Notes: a model not told the origin generated them from the sequence alone. A stretch of 24,000 bases of DNA from Acidaminobacter sp. JC074 (GCF_022496765.1 NZ_VANV01000003.1:1-24000), one strand, 5' to 3'. Positions 1-8,045 are shown, counted from the first letter of the stretch. Numbers and translations are program-made.

Positions 1-216
1 GTAGACTTAGAAATGGTTGAGAAAGAAGCAGCTGATAAATCAAGACGTGTTTTTAGAGGAATCTTTATAACAACAAAAGGGATAATAAACTCAGATATCA
101 ATGGTAGTTTGAATATCCTAAGAAAGTATTTAGGTGAAAAAAATATTCCCAGGTTGATTATATCGATGAGGGATAAGGGGTTTCGAGATAATCCTTTTAG
201 ACTACGTGTAGTTTAA
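1..216 (+). CDS. tnpB: C-terminal fragment of an IS200/IS605-family TnpB (RNA-guided nuclease/accessory protein), truncated by window start
   Basis: In frame from base 1: VDLEMVEKEAADKSRRVFRGIFITTKGIINSDINGSLNILRKYLG..., ending ...NPFRLRVV*. The 'DINGSLNILRKYLG' stretch is the typical TnpB RuvC-III (D.N.A/S.NI) region. Confidence 0.8.
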   Translation, partial: VDLEMVEKEAADKSRRVFRGIFITTKGIINSDINGSLNILRKYLGEKNIPRLIISMRDKGFRDNPFRLRVV

Positions 217-264
217 TATGCTATTGTATCTTCGGGTAGAATAGAAGCGTCAAAGACGCCTTTC

Positions 265-477
265 TTGTCAAAAGAACATATCCATTCAGGTAAGTTTTCA
301 GCAGTTTGTCGTGAAGGGGATATAAAGGAGTTTCCTTTAACTTCTATTTCTTTGGCAGGGGTGCTAGGCACACTTTTTAATTTTGAAGATATAGAAAAAC
401 TGTCAGGTCACTTGGCTTCTGTTAAAAAAGATGTAAAAAAAGTGCTTTCAAGTTCTTATATTCTAAACAAAATATAA
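265..477 (+). CDS. hypothetical protein or 3' gene remnant next to the IS element
   Basis: 70-codon ORF with a TTG start, open in the same frame right after the tnpB stop at 216. No recognised domain and no clear SD. Confidence 0.25.
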   Translation: MSKEHIHSGKFSAVCREGDIKEFPLTSISLAGVLGTLFNFEDIEKLSGHLASVKKDVKKVLSSSYILNKI

Positions 478-500
478 ATCGCACTCATTCGAGTGCGATT
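477..500. terminator. intrinsic terminator, perfect 10-bp stem (AATCGCACTC-ATTC-GAGTGCGATT)
   Basis: Inverted repeat just downstream of glnA (minus strand) and of the 265..477 ORF, with flanking T-rich tract. Confidence 0.8.
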
Positions 501-503
501 ATT

Positions 504-1928
504 TTATAGGTCAAAATACATTTCAAATTCTTTTGGATGAGGCATGTTGTCAATTGCAGCTGAGTTACATCTGTTTTGCTTAACAATATTCATCACAAGT
601 TCTTTTGTAAATACACCGCCTTCAAGCAGGTAGTCATAGTCTTCTAATAAGGCATCTGTTGCCTCTGTTAGTGATTTTGGAAGACCTTTGATTTTTGCCT
701 TTTCCTCATCTGGTAGGTCAAAAATGTTGACATCATATGGTCCAAAGCCTTCTGCAGTAGGGTCGATTTTATTCTTGATACCATCGATGGCTGCCATTAA
801 TAAAGCAGAATATGCTAAGTATGGGTTGCAAGTAGCATCAGAAGATCTAAACTCAAAACGCTTTTCTGATGGTCTGTTTGCATAACCTGGTATACGAATC
901 ACTGCAGAGCGGTTAGCAGTTGCAAAGCAAATACTTACTGGGGCTTCATAGCCAGGTACCAAACGCTTATATGAGTTGGTAGAAGGATTTGTAATAGCCA
1001 GAAGTGAAGCTGCATGTTTTAGCATACCCCCAATAGCGTATAGGGCTGTCTGACTCATACCTGAGTAGCCGTTTTCATCATAAAAGATTGGATCGCCGTC
1101 TTTAAATAAGTGGAAGTGAACATGCATACCGTTACCAGCCTCTTTGTGGAATGGCTTTGGCATAAAGGTCACTGTTTTTCCAGCCTTAAGGGCAGTGTTC
1201 TTTACAATATACTTTAAAAGCATGGTTCTATCTGCCATATCATGCGCATTGCCAAAAGACAGTTCAATTTCCAACTGACCAGGGCCACCAACTTCAGGAT
1301 GGTGATACTTGACTGGTACACCGTTCTCTTCTAGTAATAAAACCATTTCATTTCTTAAGTCGTAGTTAATATCAAAAGGTATATCTACATGATAGCCACC
1401 ATGATGAGGCACTTTAAAGCCAAGATTATCATCGCAGTGAGTGTTCCATTCAGCTTGTTCAGCATCTAATTTAACCATGATATGGTGTGGATCTAATCTG
1501 TATGAGAAGTGGTCTAGAATATAAAATTCGAATTCTGGTCCAAATGATGATTGGTCAGCAATACCACTTTCTTTCATATATTCTTCTGCTTTAGAAGATA
1601 TGTAACGAGGGTCACCTTCGTAACGCTTAACACCATGATCTAGGGTGTAGATATCAGCCATCATGGTAAGTGTTTTTCTTTTGGTAAATGGATCGATAAA
1701 TGCAGTTGATAAATCTGGTATGAAAACCATATCTGATTTTTCTACTGTTAGAAAGCCATAAGAAGAGCCGTCGAATCCAATACCGTCTTCTAAGGTATGT
1801 TCTGTTATTCTGTCTACTGTAATTGTCAAGTGGTGCCATCTGCCTGCTAAGTCGATGACTTTAAAATCAATAAACTTAACGTCATTTGTATGGCAAAATG
1901 CTTTTAATTCTTTTAAATCCTTAAACAT
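504..1928 (-). CDS. glnA: glutamine synthetase, type I
   Basis: MFKDLKELKAFCHTNDVKFIDFKVIDLAGRWHHLTI...GFDGSSYGF...; NGMHVHFHLFKDG; RFEFRSSDATCNPYLAYSALLMA. The start moved to the ATG at 1928 has the ideal SD AAGGAGG; the track ORF extends to 1964. Confidence 0.96.
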   Translation of the reverse strand: MFKDLKELKAFCHTNDVKFIDFKVIDLAGRWHHLTITVDRITEHTLEDGIGFDGSSYGFLTVEKSDMVFIPDLSTAFIDPFTKRKTLTMMADIYTLDHGVKRYEGDPRYISSKAEEYMKESGIADQSSFGPEFEFYILDHFSYRLDPHHIMVKLDAEQAEWNTHCDDNLGFKVPHHGGYHVDIPFDINYDLRNEMVLLLEENGVPVKYHHPEVGGPGQLEIELSFGNAHDMADRTMLLKYIVKNTALKAGKTVTFMPKPFHKEAGNGMHVHFHLFKDGDPIFYDENGYSGMSQTALYAIGGMLKHAASLLAITNPSTNSYKRLVPGYEAPVSICFATANRSAVIRIPGYANRPSEKRFEFRSSDATCNPYLAYSALLMAAIDGIKNKIDPTAEGFGPYDVNIFDLPDEEKAKIKGLPKSLTEATDALLEDYDYLLEGGVFTKELVMNIVKQNRCNSAAIDNMPHPKEFEMYFDL

Positions 1929-2092
1929 AAAAACCTCCTTGTGTATAAGTCTATTATAATTCAATCGACTTATTATGACAATGATAATAGTTAAAACAAC
2001 TATAAAATATAGAATTTGTAGTTAGAAAAACTTTCAAAAAATTCATGAGATAGAGGCAGATTTATTGGGTAAAAAAATTAACAAAATAAGTG

Positions 2093-2120
2093 TTGCAATC
2101 TTTTCTTTTAATGATATAAT
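2093..2120 (+). promoter_or_regulatory. sigma-A-type promoter TTGCAA-N16-TATAAT upstream of yitT-like gene
   Basis: -35 2093-2098, -10 2115-2120, 16-nt spacer. Confidence 0.6.
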
Positions 2121-2150
2121 GAATCTTGCTTTTTAGAAAAAGGAGGTCAA

Positions 2151-3020
2151 ATGAAAGTAAAAGAATTATTACTAGAAATTTTTTATGTAGCAATTGGTTG
2201 TATATTATTGGCCTTTGCTATAACAGCTATTTTAGAACCCAATAACTTAATGACAGGTGGTATTACAGGTTTATCCTTAATACTGGATAATCTATTAGGT
2301 ATAAACTATACAGTGTTTTATTATGTGTTTTCTTTAATCATTCTTCTAGCAACCTATTTAACACTGGGTAAGTATGAGGCGAGTAAGATTATCTTGTTAT
2401 CAATCCTATTTCCTGCTGTACTGATGATTTTTAGTCAGTTTAAGTTTCAGTTGATTGAAGATGATATGTTCTTAGCAGCATTCTATTATGGTATTATCGC
2501 AGGAGCGGGTGTTGGTCTGATTTTAAAGTCTGGGTATTCGACAGGTGGAACAGACTCTATTGGTAAGATTCTTCATAAGAAGAAATACCCATATATTTCA
2601 GTGAACCAAATCATCACCATGATAGATATTGTTATCATTATTGTTTCTATATTTGTTTTTGATGTAAGAGTTGCCTTATATGCCATCTTAACTCAGCTGG
2701 TGCTTTTAAAAGCTGTAGAAGTTGTTTTATATGGTTTGTCACCCAAACTTGTTAAGTTAGAAATCATTTCAGATGCAGAGGAAAAAATTAAAGACTATAT
2801 ACTTCATGAAATAAAACGTGGCATTACCAAATACAATATTATTGGTGGCTACAGCAATGTTTCAAAGACTAAAATCATCACCATATGTTCTCCTAGAGAA
2901 TCTTTGATGATTAAGAACTTCATTGCCGATCTTGATGAGAAGGCATTTGTTGATGTACTGCCAATCATGTCGGTATGGGGTGAGGGTTTAGGTTTTAAGA
3001 GAATTACAGAAGAAAACTAA
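2151..3020 (+). CDS. YitT family membrane protein (DUF161/DUF2179)
   Basis: Multi-TM N-terminus with 'AFAITAILEPNNLMTGGITGLSLIL' and 'SGYSTGGTDSIGKIL', followed by a soluble C-terminal domain; SD AAAGGAGG. Confidence 0.9.
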   Translation: MKVKELLLEIFYVAIGCILLAFAITAILEPNNLMTGGITGLSLILDNLLGINYTVFYYVFSLIILLATYLTLGKYEASKIILLSILFPAVLMIFSQFKFQLIEDDMFLAAFYYGIIAGAGVGLILKSGYSTGGTDSIGKILHKKKYPYISVNQIITMIDIVIIIVSIFVFDVRVALYAILTQLVLLKAVEVVLYGLSPKLVKLEIISDAEEKIKDYILHEIKRGITKYNIIGGYSNVSKTKIITICSPRESLMIKNFIADLDEKAFVDVLPIMSVWGEGLGFKRITEEN

Positions 3021-3021
3021 A

Positions 3022-3041
3022 AAAAGCACCTGAGTGCTTTT
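3022..3041. terminator. bidirectional terminator hairpin AAAAGCAC-CTGA-GTGCTTTT between convergent genes
   Basis: Perfect 8-bp stem with a poly-A/T tail, between yitT-like (+) and the pseudouridine synthase (-). Confidence 0.75.
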
Positions 3042-3705
3042 ATAGATTAAATGGATAGTCACTAGGTGATGCCTTATGGGTCATTTTAGATTTCTTTTTA
3101 GGATGGACAAATGTCACTTCGTTTGAGAAGAGGGCAATTTGGAACCATCCTTTTTTAGTCATAAAATCAGGATGATACTTGGTGTCTCCCCAGATTGGAT
3201 GACCAATATGAGAAAGTTGAACTCTGATTTGATGGTGTCTACCTGTCTCTAATTCTATAGAAATAAGTGAGTAAATCTCATCGTCTATCGTCATGGTCTT
3301 AAGACGCTTGATGTGCATAACAGCTCTTTTGGCCTTAGGTGTTTCTTGATCAACTACTGATGACACATTGCCTTTAAACTTCTTTTTTAAGAAGTGAACC
3401 AAAGTCTGGTCCTCAGGTGTCCCTTTAACCACAGCTAGATAGGTCTTTTTAAAAGTTCTAGCTTGAAGCTGTTTAGATAAATGAGCCGTTGCCTGGGGTG
3501 TTTTACCAAATACAACAAGTCCACCTACGGGCCTATCTAACCTATGAACAAGTCCTATATAAGGCTTTTCTAAGCCTTTTTTTCTCATATACTCATCTAG
3601 CATAGAAGCTAAATCTTTATCATTACTCAAGTCTGATTGAACAGGCACACCTGGTGCTTTTAAACAGACGATAATATCTTGATCTTCATAAATAATTTCT
3701 TTCAT
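3040..3705 (-). CDS. RluA-family RNA pseudouridine synthase
   Basis: 'PYIGLVHRLDRPVGGLVVFGKTPQATAHLSKQL', 'KKTYLAVVKG', 'LETGRHHQIRVQLSHIGHPIWGD'. The internal start at 3705 has an SD-like GAAGGTGG; the track ORF goes to 3726. Confidence 0.92.
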   Translation of the reverse strand: MKEIIYEDQDIIVCLKAPGVPVQSDLSNDKDLASMLDEYMRKKGLEKPYIGLVHRLDRPVGGLVVFGKTPQATAHLSKQLQARTFKKTYLAVVKGTPEDQTLVHFLKKKFKGNVSSVVDQETPKAKRAVMHIKRLKTMTIDDEIYSLISIELETGRHHQIRVQLSHIGHPIWGDTKYHPDFMTKKGWFQIALFSNEVTFVHPKKKSKMTHKASPSDYPFNL

Positions 3706-3773
3706 ACATACCACCTTCTCAAGCATTATATCACATGCTTATCTTTGATGCTAATGCAATTAAAGGCAAAAAA

Positions 3774-3796
3774 AATAACAGATATGATCTGTTATT
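3774..3796 (-). terminator. terminator hairpin AATAACAGAT-ATG-ATCTGTTATT
   Basis: Perfect 10-bp stem followed on the minus strand by T-rich sequence (TTTTTTTTGCC); overlaps the stop codon of the 3796..4005 ORF. Confidence 0.75.
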
Positions 3797-4005
3797 TAAA
3801 ATATAAGTTTTAAAACGAATCCTACACATGCTAGAAATGCACCGAAAATAGCAATTGGAACGAGGAGGGCTAGTCCGACTGGTATTAAGGCGATAACGAC
3901 TGCAACTGCAAGAATGCCTAATAATAATCTAAATAAACCAACACTGATACCTACAAATAGTTTTAAAAATAATATAACAACTAATAATGTAATTAAAAAT
4001 CCCAT
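3796..4005 (-). CDS. small hydrophobic membrane protein
   Basis: 69 aa, almost entirely hydrophobic (MGFLITLLVVILFLKLFVGISVGLFRLLLGI...); SD AAAGGAG. Confidence 0.65.
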   Translation of the reverse strand: MGFLITLLVVILFLKLFVGISVGLFRLLLGILAVAVVIALIPVGLALLVPIAIFGAFLACVGFVLKLIF

Positions 4006-4016
4006 AATTTTCTCCT

Positions 4017-4178
4017 TTACTTTTCTTTATCTACTATGATTGGATTAGGTGATACAAGTTTCTTTCTAGAGGCCAGACCCAATAACAAGATGATGATGTC
4101 ATCAATTGGTCCTGGTGCTAGATCAACTGGTGAAACAATGTATAAAACTAAAAATATCATTAAGAGTAACTGTTTCAT
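4017..4178 (-). CDS. small membrane protein resembling the core of DUF1232/YkvA proteins (53 aa), probably co-transcribed with 3796..4005
   Basis: Absent from the ORF track (below its size cut-off). Manual translation: MKQLLLMIFLVLYIVSPVDLAPGPIDDIIILLLGLASRKKLVSPNPIIVDKEK*; 'YIVSPVDLAPGPIDDIIILLLG' matches the YLLSPiDliPd...DD family pattern; SD AAAGGAG upstream. Confidence 0.6.
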   Translation of the reverse strand: MKQLLLMIFLVLYIVSPVDLAPGPIDDIIILLLGLASRKKLVSPNPIIVDKEK

Positions 4179-4354
4179 TGATTATCTCCTTTTCTAATCT
4201 GTTATGTCTTTTGATACTTATACTATAGATGTCTAAGGTTAATGAATAATTTGAGTAAAATTAGAATTAAATTAGAATCCTGACTTAATACTTTTTTAAG
4301 GTATTTTAAAGTAAATTTCCATCTTATACTTGTAGAATAGTCCTGGAGGTTGTT

Positions 4355-5065
4355 ATGTTAAAAGTAAATGAAGTCAGTAAGAAATTTAAAAAGCTTGTGG
4401 CAGTAGACCATGTAAGCTTTGAAGTGGATAGTGGAGAAATTGTTGGTATACTTGGACCTAATGGGGCTGGTAAGTCAACGACTATAAAAATGATTGCAGG
4501 TCTATTAAGGACGTCTAGTGGGACCATTACCATAGATGGTCATATGAATAAGTCTGTGGAGGCCAAGAAAAAATTTGCCTATATACCTGAGTTTCCTGAA
4601 ATGTATGATTTATTAACAGTAGATGAGCATATGCGTTTTATAGCCCAGGCTTATGAGATTGAGAATTGGGAAGACTTTATTGAACCCTATTTTGAACGTT
4701 TTGATTTAATGGATAAAAGAGACAAACTAGGAAAAGAGTTATCAAAGGGGATGAAACAGAAACTGAGTATTTGCTGTGGTCTTCTGACGCAAGCAGACCT
4801 TTATTTATTTGATGAGCCTATGATTGGCTTAGATCCAAAGGCCATAAGAGAAACAAAGAAGATTATGAGCGAATTAGCACAAGCGGGTAAAACCATCTTA
4901 GTTTCTACCCACTTGTTAGATTCTATAGAACAAACCTGTAACAGGGTCCTTGTTATGAAAGAAGGTTCTATCATCGTCAACTCTTCTATGGCGGATTTAA
5001 AGAGCCATGGCGATTTATCCTTAGAAGAAATCTTTTTAGAGGTGACGGAAGATGAAATCATTTAG
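4355..5065 (+). CDS. ABC transporter ATP-binding protein
   Basis: Walker A GPNGAGKST, signature-like LSKGMKQKLSI, Walker B LYLFDEPMIGLD, H-loop 'LVSTHLL'. Confidence 0.95.
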   Translation: MLKVNEVSKKFKKLVAVDHVSFEVDSGEIVGILGPNGAGKSTTIKMIAGLLRTSSGTITIDGHMNKSVEAKKKFAYIPEFPEMYDLLTVDEHMRFIAQAYEIENWEDFIEPYFERFDLMDKRDKLGKELSKGMKQKLSICCGLLTQADLYLFDEPMIGLDPKAIRETKKIMSELAQAGKTILVSTHLLDSIEQTCNRVLVMKEGSIIVNSSMADLKSHGDLSLEEIFLEVTEDEII

Positions 5066-6623
5066 TGTCCTTTTGAGTATTGAAAAAGCCATTATAAAGA
5101 ACAAAGTACTTGAAATTATAAAGAGTCCCAAGCGTCTGATTACATACACACTTTACATAGCATTTATGGCTTGGGTTCTTGTTTTCAACAGCAGGAACTT
5201 TGACGGCTTTAATAGGGAGTCTATGATGACCTATGGGCAAGGCGGTGTTTTTATCTTTGTGTTTATGATGGCTTATGGCTTGACTAAAAAGTCCAGTATA
5301 TTCTTTAAAATGAGTGAAGTAAACCTCATATTTTCTTCACCTGTAGATCCGAGAAAACTTCTTTTGTTTACACTATTAAAGAGGATACCCCAGTATCTTT
5401 TTACAAGTGTCATTACATTGGTTTTTCTTTTGGCCATGGTTATCAGTGTATTTAATCCTTCGCTTCAAGAAGTGATCATAACGGGACTTGGTTATTCTCT
5501 GCTTTTATTAACCCTAGAACCTTTAGGTTTTTGTTTGTTTGCCATATTTACTAAAAAAGGCAGACCTGAAATGAGTGAAAGCCTAGTAAAGAAACTCTTT
5601 ATTCTAATAGGCCTAATTGCAGGTGGATTTGTCCTGAATAATATAAGGGTCAATGGCTTTTCAATGACATCAGTCTTTGATGGCCTGCGGCATCAACTTC
5701 TTAATATGATTCCTATTGTGGGTTGGGGAAAAGCCTTAACTGTAACAGCTATGACAGGTGTTACAAGCTTAACTTATATATATTTAAGCCTGATGGTGCT
5801 TATGTATATAGCTTTGGTAGGCCTAACATACTTTTTAGGGACAGATTATTATGAAGATGTAATTGGTGCATCTGAAAAAAGACAAAAGCTTATATCAGAA
5901 GCCAAACAAGGCAAGAATCAATTTAAAGGTTTTCATTTTAAAAAGAAAAAGGTAACCATCAAAGACAAGTATAAAAAGGCCGGTGCCATCCACTGGAAGA
6001 AAAAGATGCTGACATCTAAATCAGACTTAAGTGTCTACCTGTCGTTAGAGTCACTTTTATGCTTGATTTTATCTATCGGTGGAAGTATCTTTATGGAAGA
6101 GACCCAAGCTTTACCTTATATGGTCATGGGACTTTATTTTTATATTAAGTTTCTTTTCTCCATGAACACATCCTTAGATAAGGAACTGAATAAACACTTT
6201 TTCTATACCATACCGGATAATGGTATGAGAAAGCTTGTTATGGTTTCTAAAATAGATGTAGTAAGGTTTTTCATCAATGCTTGCATTGTTGTCATGACGA
6301 CTTACATAATGACAAGAAACAATGATATTGGTCTTATAGTCTTGCCTTTTGCTGCAAGCATGTTTTATGTCATGATGCTTTTATCAAGTTTTACTTTGAA
6401 GCTCTTTTTTACAGCAGAAGACTTTAACAGACTTTTACTTTTGTTTAAAATGTTCCAGATGATACTTGTTATGATGCCATCAGCCATAGCAATGATGATC
6501 ATCGGCATGCTTACAGAATCTGTAGCACTTGCCTTATTAGGAAGTTTAGGTATAAATCTATTGCTGGCAAGTATCTTTCTAGCGCTTGGCGACACCATTT
6601 TAAATCGCATGGAACTTAAATAG
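5052..6623 (+). CDS. ABC-type exporter permease component (ABC-2-like)
   Basis: 523 aa, multiple TM segments, overlaps the ATPase gene by 14 nt; 'VNLIFSSPVDPRKLLLFTLLKRIPQYLF'. Confidence 0.85.
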   Translation: MKSFSVLLSIEKAIIKNKVLEIIKSPKRLITYTLYIAFMAWVLVFNSRNFDGFNRESMMTYGQGGVFIFVFMMAYGLTKKSSIFFKMSEVNLIFSSPVDPRKLLLFTLLKRIPQYLFTSVITLVFLLAMVISVFNPSLQEVIITGLGYSLLLLTLEPLGFCLFAIFTKKGRPEMSESLVKKLFILIGLIAGGFVLNNIRVNGFSMTSVFDGLRHQLLNMIPIVGWGKALTVTAMTGVTSLTYIYLSLMVLMYIALVGLTYFLGTDYYEDVIGASEKRQKLISEAKQGKNQFKGFHFKKKKVTIKDKYKKAGAIHWKKKMLTSKSDLSVYLSLESLLCLILSIGGSIFMEETQALPYMVMGLYFYIKFLFSMNTSLDKELNKHFFYTIPDNGMRKLVMVSKIDVVRFFINACIVVMTTYIMTRNNDIGLIVLPFAASMFYVMMLLSSFTLKLFFTAEDFNRLLLLFKMFQMILVMMPSAIAMMIIGMLTESVALALLGSLGINLLLASIFLALGDTILNRMELK

Positions 6624-6631
6624 TCTTTTAG

Positions 6632-6658
6632 AAGATGTTATACACTGTATGACATCTT
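6632..6658 (+). terminator. terminator AAGATGTTATAC-ACT-GTATGACATCTT + TTG
   Basis: 12-bp stem (one G-U) immediately after the permease stop codon and before the hgcA promoter. Confidence 0.65.
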
Positions 6659-6664
6659 TTGTAA

Positions 6665-6693
6665 TTGAAATATGTCGACTGTTTCTTTATAAT
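6665..6693 (+). promoter_or_regulatory. near-consensus sigma-A promoter for hgcAB: TTGAAA-N17-TATAAT
   Basis: -35 at 6665-6670, -10 at 6688-6693, 17-nt spacer; followed by SD AGAAAGGTGG and ATG at 6717. Confidence 0.75.
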
Positions 6694-6716
6694 ACATTTA
6701 GAAGAAAGGTGGCATT

Positions 6717-7768
6717 ATGTTAACTACTAAATCTTGTTGAGACGTTGATGTAAAAGCATCGAGTTTCGATGAAAGAAATATAATGTTTGAAGTTTCCATG
6801 TTAAAGCATGAGGACATTTCAAATGATAAAGTCATCCATGCTTTGGATGGAAATAGACTTAAAAGACAACTTACTTTAAAAGATCACTTAGGTAGCTTAG
6901 GTGCAAGGATTGGTTTTAGAGATGATTATATGATCAAACCTGGTCTTTACCAGATCGGTCATCCAGATCCCTCGTCAGATGTTTTGGTTACTTGCAACTA
7001 TAAATTGACCATCGATCTTTTAAGAAAACATTTGAAGAAAGACTACCATATACTCGTTCTTGATACAGATGGTATCAATGTTTGGTGTGCTGCAGGAAAA
7101 GGTAAGTTTGGTACGGCAGAGCTTATATATGCCTTGAATAACTATGGACTTGAAAAGGTCGTCAATCATAAAAAGTTGATTTTGCCTCAGCTTGGCGCGC
7201 CAGGTATGCAAAAACATTTGATTCAAAAGGTAACAGGCTATCAGATTCTCTATGGACCTGTCCGTATCAGTGATATGGATTTCTACACAGAAACTTATCA
7301 AAAGACGGAAAAAATGAAAAGGATAGATTTTGATATAAAAGACAGATTGGTTTTAACACCGCTGGAGTTTATCAAGGGTTTAAAAGTGATTATTCTTGTT
7401 ATACTTTTAAGCTTAACACCCATTATAAATCTAGAACATATCTTGATGACTCTTGTGAGTTTGACTCTTGGAACCATTGTTTTTCCGGCCTTACTGCCAA
7501 TAAGACCTATGAAGATGTTCTACTTAAATGGCATTCTTTTAAGCCTTGTATGTAACTTTGTATTCTTATATCAAAACATGTCTGTCTTTAATCTAGGCTG
7601 GTATCTTTTAATGGCACTTTATACGTCTTACTTGTGTATGAATTTTACAGGATCTACGACTTTTACATCTTTATCGGGGGTAGAAAAGGAAATGGACTCA
7701 GGGTTAAAGTTTTAATTAGAGGCAGTCTTCTTGCTTTACTCATGATGGTGATAGGGGTGATGGTATGA
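6717..7768 (+). pseudogene. hgcA: HgcA, corrinoid-dependent mercury methyltransferase (membrane protein), with disrupted reading frame
   Basis: Continuous ORF 6783..7715 contains 'DTDGINVWCAAGKGKFGTAEL' (HgcA cap helix), 'KLILPQLGAPG', 'GYQILYGPVRISDMDFY', 'KPGLYQIGHPDPSSDVLVTCNYKLT' and C-terminal TM helices ending 'MNFTGSTTFTSLSGVEKEM'. The SD-linked start at 6717 reads MLTTKSC-UGA-DVDVKASSFDERNIMFEV in frame with 6783. A -1 shift near 7710-7712 recovers the C-terminus LIRGSLLALLMMVIGVMV* ending in TGA 7766-7768. Confidence 0.9.
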
Positions 7769-8045
7769 TGTATTTAAATGATGTGGTTACCATAAAACTA
7801 GATTCAAGTAAATGTGTTAAATGTGGGGAATGTGTTCAGGTATGTCCAAGAGAAGTTTTTAAGCTATCAAGTGAACTTCAAATAGTAAAAAAAGATGCCT
7901 GTATAGAGTGTGGTGCTTGTCAGATGAACTTCCGACAAAAGCCTTAAGCGTGGATGCTGGAACGGGTTGTGCTATTGCGATCATGGCCAGATACTTTAAA
8001 AATAGCAAATGGCTTAAGCCACTTGCTAATAAGGATTGTTGCTAA
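7765..8045 (+). pseudogene. hgcB: HgcB, 2[4Fe-4S] ferredoxin partner of HgcA, with frameshift
   Basis: Frame 7765..7947: MMYLNDVVTIKLDSSKCVKCGECVQVCPREVFKL...KKDACIECGACQMN-F. After a 1-nt shift at 7930/7931 it continues PTKALSVDAGTGCAIAIMARYFKNSKWLKPLANKDCC* (stop 8043-8045), matching the HgcB architecture of second CxxCxxC..., GxGCA and terminal CC. Confidence 0.88.

Noticed and set aside
688-1839. Small plus-strand ORFs (688..885, 1654..1839) opposite glnA
   Set aside because: Fully antisense to a conserved glnA coding region, with no SD or recognisable product.
7700-7720. Programmed ribosomal frameshift in hgcA
   Set aside because: No clear X-XXY-YYZ slippery heptamer with a downstream structure. 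A separate non-slippery indel in hgcB and the nearby UGA make ordinary mutation or base-call error more likely.
4355-7768. Idea that the ABC exporter pair forms one functional operon with hgcAB
   Set aside because: A terminator-like hairpin (6632-6658) and a near-consensus promoter (6665-6693) separate the permease gene from hgcA.
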